Source of the DNA: Marispirochaeta sp.
GTDB taxonomy: Bacteria > Spirochaetota > Spirochaetia > JC444 > Marispirochaetaceae
NCBI GenBank assembly: GCA_963676835.2
Contig: CAXXFF010000004.1
Location: 288,001-352,000 of the forward strand
Direction: 5' to 3'
Length of the DNA: 64,000 bases
Made by a program: the position numbers and the translations under genes. The notes beneath the pieces were generated by a model, which saw only the letters and a program-made list of their open reading frames with translations, did not search any database and was not told the origin of the DNA. Below are positions 20,826-29,698 of the stretch, piece after piece. Position 1 is the stretch's first letter. Each line of letters begins with the position of its first letter.

Positions 20826-21147
20826 CCGACCCTCCCAGTTCCCGCCGTTTCCGGTATCCCCGCTTCCAGGGGATAATACCGTTCTGCCAGGCGAAGCGGG
20901 CAATAATATGGGCGGAAATAGGGTTTGTCACAAAGAAAAATATGGTAATGACCAAAAGCCGGCCGGTCATGGGACCCCATCCGGCAATAAGAAAACAGCC
21001 GATGAGGATGGAAAACACCGAGGTTGTACTGCAGGTGGAAGATGCCTGCAGCCGGGTGTATACATCAGGAAACACCAGAACTCCGATGTTTCCCATAATA
21101 TTAAAGATTACTCCCAGACCGAAAAAAATTGCCGCCGCAATAGTCAC
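20818..21147 (-). CDS. mrpG: Antiporter subunit G
   Basis: FPDVYTRLQAS, TNPISAHIIAR. Confidence 0.9.
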   Translation of the reverse strand: MTIAAAIFFGLGVIFNIMGNIGVLVFPDVYTRLQASSTCSTTSVFSILIGCFLIAGWGPMTGRLLVITIFFFVTNPISAHIIARFAWQNGIIPWKRGYRKRRELGGSDG

Positions 21148-21419
21148 AGGTCCCCTCCCCGGTTTTTCTGCCCGCCGAAGTAACGGGTAAGGGCAAGAAT
21201 TCCGACGAAGCCGAATATATCGTAAACCAGGGCCACATCAAGATAGATTACATGATTACCTGCCACGGAATAGATAACCAGCACCGCAAGGGTCTGGGAG
21301 GCAACCAGATTGAGCCCTGTCATACGGTCAGCCACGGTGGGGCCGATTACCACGCGGATCATACTGATAACGGAGGAGGCAATAAGAAAATAGATCAGAT
21401 AAGTCAGCATCAGAGCCAT
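21144..21419 (-). CDS. mrpF: Antiporter subunit F
   Basis: GPTVADR, YLDVALVY. Confidence 0.9.
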   Translation of the reverse strand: MALMLTYLIYFLIASSVISMIRVVIGPTVADRMTGLNLVASQTLAVLVIYSVAGNHVIYLDVALVYDIFGFVGILALTRYFGGQKNRGGDL

Positions 21420-21922
21420 ACCCTTCGCAGCAGCTTCTCAAAGGTGCCTTTTATAAGATCCCCGGCATAGCGGGAATGGCTGGTCCGGGCATCAAGCCAG
21501 TGAACGATCAGGTGATCATCATCCAGATCCAGGGTAATGGTTCCGGGAGTCAGGGTTATGGAGCTGGTCAGGGCAACCCGGGCAATATCCGTCTTAAGGT
21601 GGGTGCGAAAATGGACAATTCCGGGGTTTATGCGTCCCCGCAGAATATTGAGAAGAACCTTGAAACTGGCCACATACATATTGAAGATGAGTACCAGCAG
21701 AAAGACGACAAACATATGCGGCCGGGGAAGGTGGGCCCGGCGGCCGGCTTCGGACTCTTCAATAAACTGCCGGTAGGTAAGCAGGGAAACCAGCAGACTT
21801 GCAACACCGCCGGCAACAAGCGAACCGGAATCCAGGGACCAGGTAAAGAGCAGCCAGCCTCCGAAAAGAGAGAAAAAGGTAATGAAAAAGCGGACCAGGG
21901 CCCAGCGGGTTTCAAGCCTCAT
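21410..21922 (-). CDS. mrpE: Antiporter subunit E
   Basis: INPGIV, SITLTPGTIT, LIVHWL. Confidence 0.9.
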   Translation of the reverse strand: MRLETRWALVRFFITFFSLFGGWLLFTWSLDSGSLVAGGVASLLVSLLTYRQFIEESEAGRRAHLPRPHMFVVFLLVLIFNMYVASFKVLLNILRGRINPGIVHFRTHLKTDIARVALTSSITLTPGTITLDLDDDHLIVHWLDARTSHSRYAGDLIKGTFEKLLRRVWL

Positions 21923-22380
21923 TTACTCTCCCTGCTGATAAAAGCCGCCATTACCTCCTCTGCTGAGGATGCCGCCAGAAGAGCATTGCAGAAGGTACGG
22001 TCGTGGAGGTACCGGGCGAGCCGGCTGAGAACCTTCAGGTGTCCCGCTTCATCCCCTTCCGGACCAATGAGCAGGAAAAAGAGGGCCACCGGCTGATTAT
22101 CCACGGCATCGAATTTTGCCCCCTCAAGCCTTCTTCCGAAAACAATGCGGGTGTCGGCAACCTGGGAAGTGAAACAGTGGGGAATGGCAATGCCCGAACC
22201 GATGCCGGTGGTATTGATCTTTTCCCGCTTCTTCAAATCCCGCACAATTTCATCGGGCTTTGCAAGCTCGGTACTGCGGGCGAGGATATCAACCAGTTCC
22301 CGTAAAATATCCGGTTTGCGTCTGGACTTCAGAGACAACTCTATACCTTCAATGGTAAGAAGTTCGTGCAGCAGTGCCAT
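21919..22380 (-). CDS. PTS EIIA (Fru/Ntr-type) domain protein
   Basis: RE...TTGIGSGIAIPH, FDAVDNQPV, HLKVLSRLAR. Confidence 0.9.
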   Translation of the reverse strand: MALLHELLTIEGIELSLKSRRKPDILRELVDILARSTELAKPDEIVRDLKKREKINTTGIGSGIAIPHCFTSQVADTRIVFGRRLEGAKFDAVDNQPVALFFLLIGPEGDEAGHLKVLSRLARYLHDRTFCNALLAASSAEEVMAAFISRESK

Positions 22381-22718
22381 CAATCCTCCTCCACCAGTCC
22401 CGCAGCCCAGTCCACAGGCAGGGTAAACAGAATTCCTGTTCCGGGATTGTCCAGACCGCCGCAAATCTCATTCAGCAGACTGTGAAGCCTTGGAACCAGG
22501 GACTCATTCTGAACAACGGAAAAAATGGTTTTGTTATAGGGTTTATTCCCTTTCATGAACTCTTTGAATCCTGCAAAAAGGGGTACCTCATAGGTTAGAA
22601 ACCGGCCCATTCCCTCGGAGTCAAGGATGGTTCCTCCGGAAATTCCTACTTCCGCATATGCTTCCAGTACCTGTTCAAGGAGTTCTTCACGATTCAGTAC
22701 AAACACTACAAGCTTCAT
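22380..22718 (-). CDS. PII-like protein
   Basis: GGTILDSEGMG, GTGILFTLPV. Confidence 0.8.
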   Translation of the reverse strand: MKLVVFVLNREELLEQVLEAYAEVGISGGTILDSEGMGRFLTYEVPLFAGFKEFMKGNKPYNKTIFSVVQNESLVPRLHSLLNEICGGLDNPGTGILFTLPVDWAAGLVEED

Positions 22719-22826
22719 ATCTGCTTTCCCGCGGCCGCCGGCTAAGGGCGGTTTACTGATATGTTTTAAGGTACCCGGTGACTGGAGGGGAGTCAATGGA
22801 ATATTCTGGCCAGAATCAGTTGAGAA

Positions 22827-23282
22827 TCAATTAAGATAGGTACTGAAGCTGTCAAAGATATGATAGCGCCTAAGGTCCGGAAGATTACCGATTACTATCC
22901 GGTTTTCATATTCCACCCAGGCGTGGGCTTCAAAGGGTTCATCCCCCCCCATGGCAACTCCAACTTTAAGCTCAACAGAATAGCCCTGACGGCGGCATAG
23001 AGTATATGCAGTAAAGGCCCGGGGCAGACAGTTGTAGGTTCCGGGAAGCAGCCTCCCCCATATTTCAACCCAGCGGCAGGTATCAACAACACCTGCGTCG
23101 AATCCACCGGCTGGAGACTTCTCCGCCTGCTGCTTTAAACGGCTTACGGCCTGCTGAAAAGGGTATCGGCGGAGAACCAGCCTTGTGCTGAAAAGCATCA
23201 TCCCCGCCTGGAGAAACGCAGCCTTCCCCCTGGAGGGAAGCGCGTAAAAGCGGCGGATTTTATTAAGCAAGCGTATCCACAA
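22827..23282 (-). CDS. Lasso peptide B2-type leader peptidase (start approximate)
   Basis: Transglutaminase-like NCLPRA...GV...AHAWVE; coupled to B1. Confidence 0.9.
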   Translation of the reverse strand: MWIRLLNKIRRFYALPSRGKAAFLQAGMMLFSTRLVLRRYPFQQAVSRLKQQAEKSPAGGFDAGVVDTCRWVEIWGRLLPGTYNCLPRAFTAYTLCRRQGYSVELKVGVAMGGDEPFEAHAWVEYENRIVIGNLPDLRRYHIFDSFSTYLN

Positions 23283-23538
23283 GACCTTCTTCTCCAAGTT
23301 TCTCCGCAAGGGCGAGAATATCCTCCCTGCACTGATCTTCTGCAACATCGAATTCCTGCTGAACCAGGGAACACAGACCTGCAAGGGATTCAGCCTTAAC
23401 AATATTCTTCCAGATAAAAGCTCCTACTTCATTGAGACTGAAATAGAAACCACGTTCAACATGCATGAGCACCATTTCACCGTTTACTTCGGTATGAATA
23501 ACCCCTTCCCGCTGCTGTATCCGTGTATTTAAATCCAT
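23263..23538 (-). CDS. PqqD-family RiPP recognition element (lasso B1)
   Basis: GEMVLM...YFSLNEVGAFIW...EFDV...C..D...L.EEGL. Confidence 0.93.
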   Translation of the reverse strand: MDLNTRIQQREGVIHTEVNGEMVLMHVERGFYFSLNEVGAFIWKNIVKAESLAGLCSLVQQEFDVAEDQCREDILALAEKLGEEGLVDTLA

Positions 23539-23656
23539 AGATCGGCTTCCTTCTTCTTTTTATGATACCCTTGTATTCTAATGAAAAACACAAAAACGTA
23601 AAGCATTGCCCCGGGAGGGCTTCAAGCAATACTGAAGCCATAGTAGTATAAGGGGC

Positions 23657-24868
23657 ATGAAAAAAACAGCAGAAGAAGAAATACTGATCGCACTGACTGC
23701 GGATAGAACCGACAGGGCAGTGTCAATTATAAAAGCCGAAGATCCGGATTACCGGAAACTGCTTCAATTAGCGGCGAAGCACAAACTTCACGGTATTACC
23801 GCCCAGAAACTGCTGGATATTTCCCGGCAGACTGGAATTGAACTGTCCGAAGCCGATATTACCGGAACCCTCCAGGCGGCGGTGGCCATGAATATGCAGC
23901 TGAAAGCCGGGTTTCTTGGTGTAAAGGAGATGCTGAAAAAAGAGCAGGTTGATTTCCTGCTGATAAAAGGCTTTGCCCTGGATCCGTCCCCTTTGAGGGC
24001 AATGAATGATATCGACATCCTTATCCGGGAGGATAAAATTCGTCAGGTTTTTGAGGCAATGACCGCCGGGGGCTACACCTACATGGGCAGTAATGTCATG
24101 ACAAAAGAGGAATTTGCCGACCCCTTTTCCACCCTCCACTGGAACAACCAGTTTCAGTTCAGATCGCCCCGGGTACCGGCGGATATTGAAATTCACACAG
24201 AACTGTTTGAACGGGACAGAATACGGCTGGAACGGCTTGACCGGTTTCTGGACAAGGCTGAGTTTTTCTGGGAAAACCGCAGATACCGGAAAGACCTCGA
24301 CTGTTACATACCGTCTCCGGAAGCAAATCTTGCCCTGCTGACCATCCACTGCACCACAAAACGTTCACCCGCCCACAACACCTATATTCTTCGCCATGCT
24401 TACGACCTGCACGCCCTGCTTGGGGAAAATCGTGACATGGAGAATATAGTGAATATGGAAAGATTTCTCTACCTCTGCAGTGAGTGGAAAATCGGCTACT
24501 ACGCCTATACTGCCTTCCGGCTTACAGCTCTGGCCCTTGATCTGCCGGATATCCTTGAAAAAGCTGAACTGTTGAAACCGCTCTTAACCAGGCGGGAGCT
24601 GATCCTCTCCAACCTGCACCTCAACTGCTACCGGGGCCTGGGAGATGCATCTTTTTTACGGCGGAAACTGTTTGCCCTGTTTATGCCCTTTGCCATAGGG
24701 GGCAGCGTAAAAAAAGGGGTAAGCTGGTACAGGAAAATACTCTTTCCCCCGGCATGGTACCAGGAGGAGCGGTACGGCATAAAAAGAAGTTCTCCCTTCT
24801 TCTTTCTCAGTTATATCTACGGACCCTTTGTTTTTCTGTGGCGGCGACTTACAGGGCTGAGTGAATAA
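23657..24868 (+). CDS. Nucleotidyltransferase-family protein (lasso-cluster type)
   Basis: LLIKG...RAMNDIDILI...IEIH. Confidence 0.85.
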   Translation: MKKTAEEEILIALTADRTDRAVSIIKAEDPDYRKLLQLAAKHKLHGITAQKLLDISRQTGIELSEADITGTLQAAVAMNMQLKAGFLGVKEMLKKEQVDFLLIKGFALDPSPLRAMNDIDILIREDKIRQVFEAMTAGGYTYMGSNVMTKEEFADPFSTLHWNNQFQFRSPRVPADIEIHTELFERDRIRLERLDRFLDKAEFFWENRRYRKDLDCYIPSPEANLALLTIHCTTKRSPAHNTYILRHAYDLHALLGENRDMENIVNMERFLYLCSEWKIGYYAYTAFRLTALALDLPDILEKAELLKPLLTRRELILSNLHLNCYRGLGDASFLRRKLFALFMPFAIGGSVKKGVSWYRKILFPPAWYQEERYGIKRSSPFFFLSYIYGPFVFLWRRLTGLSE

Positions 24869-24907
24869 GAAAAATGTACAGGGAAAAAAGCACAAGTAAA
24901 GAGAGGA

Positions 24908-26734
24908 TCAGGACTCTTTTATCTGACGCAGCTGGGTATGATAGAGCCCTGCATAATAGCCGGCTGCCTGAACAAGCTCATCGTGGGAGCCCTCCTCTAT
25001 TACCCGGCCGCCCCGCATAACATAGATTCGGTCCGCCCGGCGTGCAGCGGCAATCTTGTGGCTTACCAGAAGCAGACTGCCTCCTCCCACAATACCCCTT
25101 ATATTGTCGATAAAATCTGATTCCGAGGGTGGATCAAGCTCCGCGGTGGGCTCATCGAGGATAGTAAAGGGTGCTCCCCGGAAAACGGTACGGGCCAGAG
25201 CTACTTTTTTCCACTGACCTCCGCTCAGTTCCGCACCGTCTTCGAGCCAGCGGCCGAGGACAGTCCCGTATCCGTCGGGTAAAGCCTTTAGAAACTCATG
25301 GGCGCCGACTTTTTCCGCCGCCTCATGCAGGGCAGAATTATTGTCATTGGTTATATCACCGTAGCGGATATTCTCAGCGGCGGTATAGTAGTAGTGGGTA
25401 AAATCCTGAAAGAGCACACCCAGATTTTTACGATACTCCTCAGGCTCCAGGCTGCGCAGATCGGTGCCGTTCAGGCAGACCCTGCCCTCATCGGGTTCAT
25501 AAAACCTGCAGAGCAGGTTGATAAGGGTACTTTTACCTGCACCGTTGTCTCCCACAATGGCAACAAACTCGCCGGGGGCTATTTTGAGTGAAACCCTGTC
25601 GAGAACCTTGTTTGCGGTTCCGGGGTAATGAAAACTGACGGATTCAACCGAGAGACCCCGGCTGTCATCAATAAGCGGTCCATCGCCGCCGGCTTTACCC
25701 TCACCTGTCGCCTCTTTTACCTTTTCAACCTCCACCGGCAGATTCAGAAACTCAAAAACCGCCGACAGGTATAAATTGGTCTCATACAGACGGGCCACGC
25801 CCCGAAGCAGATCGGACATGGCCTGCTGGCCCCGCTGGATAGCCTGAAAGAAAAGTACAAGATTTCCCAGAGAGGTTCCGCTGGTAATGCTTGTGTAGGC
25901 AAAATATCCTAAAAGCCCAATGGTAATGAGCGACTGGAATGCAACGGCAAAGAATTCACCCGCCGCCCGGCGGCCGGTAAGAGACAGAAGCTCTCTGCGG
26001 AGCCTGATTCTCCAGGAAGAGGCCTTCTCCTGAAAATGGTCCTGCAGACCGTTGATACGGTTTTCCCGTACATTGGTTTTATCTGTAAGCAGCCAGTTAA
26101 GATAAAAAACATGCCGTTCCGAGGAGGTCTGCTCCATTCGCCAGGCATAGATCCTGGCAGACGAGGAGAGAAGCACCAGAGCCACCGGCAGTGCAGAAAC
26201 TGCCAGAAGCAGAATGGTAAACCAGGGAAGAGTGTAAATAAGCAGCCCCGCAATACCGGCAATGGAGACAGCGGAGCTTATGAGGCCGGTTACAATATCT
26301 ACAATCTGGGCAGGACGGTAGGGCGCTTCCGCCTGAGCCCGGTGAAGCTTGTCGTGAAACTCGGGCACCTCATAATAGGCAAGATCGAGCTCCACCGACT
26401 TCTGTTGAACCACACCCTGCATATAGTCGCTTAATACCTGCCCCTGCACCTGACGGAGAAAATTGCCCCCGGTGCGGAACAGGGCGGACAAAAGGAGCGC
26501 TGCCCCGGTAAGCATAATTACCGGCAGAATCTCCGCAAAGCCGCCGCCGGCCGCCAGGGTATCCACCATGAGTTTTACCGCATAGAGGGGAACAAGGGGG
26601 ACAATCCCCTGAAATGTCATAACAGTAACTGTAAGCAGGCTTAAGCCGGGGCTGCTTTTCCAGAGCAGCCCGATACCACGGGAAAATACGCCGGCCCCTT
26701 TCCTGAGGCGCAGTATGCGGCCGGAAAGGTTCAC
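24908..26734 (-). CDS. ABC exporter, fused permease/ATPase
   Basis: GDNGAGKST, LSGGQW, LDEPT; N-terminal TM domain. Confidence 0.93.
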   Translation of the reverse strand: MNLSGRILRLRKGAGVFSRGIGLLWKSSPGLSLLTVTVMTFQGIVPLVPLYAVKLMVDTLAAGGGFAEILPVIMLTGAALLLSALFRTGGNFLRQVQGQVLSDYMQGVVQQKSVELDLAYYEVPEFHDKLHRAQAEAPYRPAQIVDIVTGLISSAVSIAGIAGLLIYTLPWFTILLLAVSALPVALVLLSSSARIYAWRMEQTSSERHVFYLNWLLTDKTNVRENRINGLQDHFQEKASSWRIRLRRELLSLTGRRAAGEFFAVAFQSLITIGLLGYFAYTSITSGTSLGNLVLFFQAIQRGQQAMSDLLRGVARLYETNLYLSAVFEFLNLPVEVEKVKEATGEGKAGGDGPLIDDSRGLSVESVSFHYPGTANKVLDRVSLKIAPGEFVAIVGDNGAGKSTLINLLCRFYEPDEGRVCLNGTDLRSLEPEEYRKNLGVLFQDFTHYYYTAAENIRYGDITNDNNSALHEAAEKVGAHEFLKALPDGYGTVLGRWLEDGAELSGGQWKKVALARTVFRGAPFTILDEPTAELDPPSESDFIDNIRGIVGGGSLLLVSHKIAAARRADRIYVMRGGRVIEEGSHDELVQAAGYYAGLYHTQLRQIKES

Positions 26735-27735
26735 CGTACCACCTGAGAGCGGCCCGGGGCGGCATTAAGAAACGCTATAACATCAGGCAATCGTTCATAG
26801 CCTTCGGGAATGTTCAAAATCTGAACAGGAACCTGAGCCGCCACGGCACCTATCATGCCCAGACGTTTCTGTCCCCGGTCTACCGCATCCAGAAGCTCCG
26901 CTGCAAAGGCATGTCGAACCAGGGACATAACCCCTTCTGCTGCTCCTACAGGAGTTACAGAAGGTTGATCAGAGCCGTTTCGGCTGAGAAAATAGATTGC
27001 AGTAAGAGGTAGGTTATGAGAATAGAATGATCCTAACTGCTCACTGTGCTGCGGAACCTTCAGCCCCCGTTGGCCCGCCAGGCTTATAGAACCTACAGGA
27101 ATTTTAAGCTTTTCGAAGCCCGGGTGTATTTTTCCGTAATTATCCGGATTTCCCCCTAAAATTTTCAGCTGATGAGAAAAGAGCTTCATCTGGGGAAATC
27201 CCGGAAAAGCTGTAACTCCATCAGGTCCCACGGACAAAGCCAGAATATCATCAGTTACCAGGGGATACCCCCCTGCGACACAGGCGGTAGCCAGGGTGGT
27301 TTTACCGGTGCCGGAATCTGCAATAAAAGCGACGCAGCCGTCTCCTGCCTTGACGGCCGATGCATGCAGCATAAGAATACCCTGCCGCTCCAGCCAGAAG
27401 GACATAACATTGCCCACAAAGAAGATCTCAATAAGATATTCAATATCCGGCAGCAGAGGATGGGCGGTAATCTCATTACCCCGCATTTCAAATCCGCAGA
27501 CCCCGGTTATGTAGAGGGTCTCGCAGGTTTCGGAAAGAAAAAGCTCCACCCGGCCCCCCTCATAGTTTTCCACCGGGGCACGGACCCCTTCCGGAGTGTA
27601 CTCCGGGTTTACGGGCAGCACGGAAAAAGAGAGATCTACTTCGCCCCGGGGCTCCTCCGGAGGCAGGAGATTGAAAGTAAAGGGAAAGGATGAAGCGAGA
27701 TGCGCTCCGTAAAGCATGTAACGGGATTCATTCAT
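26731..27735 (-). CDS. HPr-kinase-like peptide kinase (lasso kinase type)
   Basis: LHASAV, SGTGKTT, LVTDD. Confidence 0.85.
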   Translation of the reverse strand: MNESRYMLYGAHLASSFPFTFNLLPPEEPRGEVDLSFSVLPVNPEYTPEGVRAPVENYEGGRVELFLSETCETLYITGVCGFEMRGNEITAHPLLPDIEYLIEIFFVGNVMSFWLERQGILMLHASAVKAGDGCVAFIADSGTGKTTLATACVAGGYPLVTDDILALSVGPDGVTAFPGFPQMKLFSHQLKILGGNPDNYGKIHPGFEKLKIPVGSISLAGQRGLKVPQHSEQLGSFYSHNLPLTAIYFLSRNGSDQPSVTPVGAAEGVMSLVRHAFAAELLDAVDRGQKRLGMIGAVAAQVPVQILNIPEGYERLPDVIAFLNAAPGRSQVVR

Positions 27736-28933
27736 GTACAAGAAGCCCCTGTTCCTTCAAAGATGCGGCAAAATGCTCCAGATCCTTTCGAATCTCTTCC
27801 GGATCGGCATCGTAGAGGCCCGCGAGCTCTTCCGCGGCCTTTACGGTACTCTCTGCCCGAAGCAGTATATCCCACATATCCGCCGCTGTGTCTTCCAGAA
27901 GGAAACAATCTCTTCCCTGCTCTTCTCCGTTTTCGGTAAAGTCAGCCACAACAATGCGGTTTTCACCGATCCTGGCGGCCACAACTTCAGGGGCGGCAGT
28001 CCAGCCGGAAGGGCTGTCCTCATGCAGCTGAACAGTCCCCCGGTCTTCTCCTTCAAAACGGTTTCTAAAACAGCGCTGCGGAGGATAGAGGCGAAAGGCA
28101 AGTTCAATTTCGTCGGTAACGGAATTAATAAAGACACTTTCCGGTTCGCTCCAGGAGAAAACTATTGTTTTTGGATGACCTGTCCAGAGAACCTTTTCAC
28201 CTGATTTACTCTCCCATCCCGATTTCCACTGGGCATAGGTTTCTCCGTACATCTCCGGAGCCTGGTCCTGGTACTCCATGGCCGCCGTAATGGGAAAAGA
28301 CTGATGAACTCCACCTTTACCGTTACAAAGAGATTCCGGTGCAGCCAGAACCGCAACATGAACCTCCCGGTGGGGCTCCTGCTTCTGTATGGATTCGACT
28401 GTCTGGCGGATTCTGAAGCCCGAGAAAACCGCATCGTCCACAAGCAGAATTGGACGCTTTACCGCTTCCCCTCCCCTGCTCCCGGTTTCGGTCAATTTCC
28501 CCAGGGCATAGAGCAGCAGGCCGCAGACGATATATCCACCCCGGGGAACAGGTCTAATCTCAAACTGAGCCAGCCTCTCACGGCCGTATGTCCGGATAAG
28601 TTTCTCCGCAAGATCTTCCGCAAAATTTTCCGCCTCAGGGTAGCTGATATAGAGTGAATCTTTCAAAGTCTGGGGAATCTGGGTCGCCAGGCGGGCAATC
28701 AGTTCAACCCGCTCAGGAGATAAATCACCAAAAAGATAGATTCCTTCCTGCTCTTTTTTTTCTACATCATGGTGCAAACGAAGCACCATATATGCATCAC
28801 TCAGCCGGGAGTCCCGGTTCAGAGTATCTCCAAGTATCCGGAGAGCAGCGGCAGCATCTGAAGCGCCGGTCAGTTTTAAAAGGGATGAAGAATCTGTAGT
28901 TGTCGAGAATAGTTTAACTGCTTTAAATGACAT
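27728..28933 (-). CDS. PRTase-like domain fused to C-terminal PqqD/RRE domain
   Basis: VPRGG and ILLVDDAVFSG (PRPP-loop-like); C-terminal FLLEDTAADMW...LYDADPEEIRKDL..F...LKEQGLL. Confidence 0.7.
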   Translation of the reverse strand: MSFKAVKLFSTTTDSSSLLKLTGASDAAAALRILGDTLNRDSRLSDAYMVLRLHHDVEKKEQEGIYLFGDLSPERVELIARLATQIPQTLKDSLYISYPEAENFAEDLAEKLIRTYGRERLAQFEIRPVPRGGYIVCGLLLYALGKLTETGSRGGEAVKRPILLVDDAVFSGFRIRQTVESIQKQEPHREVHVAVLAAPESLCNGKGGVHQSFPITAAMEYQDQAPEMYGETYAQWKSGWESKSGEKVLWTGHPKTIVFSWSEPESVFINSVTDEIELAFRLYPPQRCFRNRFEGEDRGTVQLHEDSPSGWTAAPEVVAARIGENRIVVADFTENGEEQGRDCFLLEDTAADMWDILLRAESTVKAAEELAGLYDADPEEIRKDLEHFAASLKEQGLLVHE

Positions 28934-28966
28934 AAAAAACCGGGCACCATGTTACCACGGGCCCGG
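28934..28966 (-). terminator. Intrinsic terminator-like hairpin after the precursor genes
   Basis: Minus strand CCGGGCCCGTG-GTAA-CATGGTGCCCGG followed by TTTTTT. Confidence 0.7.
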
Positions 28967-29012
28967 GACCTCTATTCGTTAAGATTAATAGAAAAATAGT
29001 ATATCAGAGATA

Positions 29013-29198
29013 CTAAATAATACTGCTGGTTGTTTTAATTGGCGATCCGCCTTCTGAAACCGTACCGGCGCCGCTTCCTTCACTGCTGCTTCCCTTTCCA
29101 CTGCCGAAAAGCGCCTCGATAATGCCTGACTGCGTAAGATCGGCTACACTACCCCACTCTTTAATCTGCGGTTTCTGGTATTGCTTTTTTGCCTGCAT
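29013..29198 (-). CDS. RiPP precursor A1 (61 aa, lasso-type leader)
   Basis: MQAKKQYQKPQIKEWGSVADLTQ|SGIIEALFGSGKGSSSEGSGAGTVSEGGSPIKTTSSII; RBS AGGGAG. Confidence 0.88.
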   Translation of the reverse strand: MQAKKQYQKPQIKEWGSVADLTQSGIIEALFGSGKGSSSEGSGAGTVSEGGSPIKTTSSII

Positions 29199-29231
29199 AT
29201 TATTCTCCCTGAGATATATTCTCAATAAATA

Positions 29232-29260
29232 AGTGTATACCCCAATTTTACAGCGGTCAA
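29232..29260 (-). promoter_or_regulatory. Sigma70-like promoter of precursor A1
   Basis: TTGACC-N17-TACACT. Confidence 0.6.
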
Positions 29261-29345
29261 TGTTAAGATGAGAAAATAACCGGTATTTTTCAACTAAAGA
29301 AGGAGTTCCGTCTGTCTACCTGGTAAACAGACGGATAGCAGTAAA

Positions 29346-29489
29346 TTAATACTCGCCCCGGGGACCGACGATCTCGATCACATTCAATGACCCGTTACCG
29401 CCGACTCTTTCTGTCAGCTTGGTAACTGTTCCCCACTGCTTTACTTCAGGCTTGGTGTAGGTTCGTTTTTCCTGTTTTTCGTTCTGCAT
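29346..29489 (-). CDS. RiPP precursor A2 (47 aa, absent from ORF track)
   Basis: Hand translation MQNEKQEKRTYTKPEVKQWGTVTKLTE|RVGGNGSLNVIEIVGPRGEY*; RBS AGGAG; leader matches A1. Confidence 0.88.
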   Translation of the reverse strand: MQNEKQEKRTYTKPEVKQWGTVTKLTERVGGNGSLNVIEIVGPRGEY

Positions 29490-29521
29490 CTTTTTCTCCT
29501 TGAAAAGTTTTTAATGGGTAA

Positions 29522-29550
29522 AGTCTGCACGGTGTCAGCATAATTGTCAA
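29522..29550 (-). promoter_or_regulatory. Sigma70-like promoter of precursor A2
   Basis: TTGACA-N17-CAGACT. Confidence 0.5.
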
Positions 29551-29698
29551 GGTTTTCTTTGGCGTCCTGTGATGGATTCCCGGGGTTTGAATATTTCTGG
29601 TTCCGTACCCAATGTTACGGTTTCTTTTTCCCCACTATATTACTATTATTCTCAGAATAGACAAAAATCCAGAGAGAAAGCATACAGGACGGAGAAGC

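Noticed and set aside
17892..21922. Membrane-bound hydrogenase
   Set aside because: No NiFe catalytic or Fe-S subunits present.
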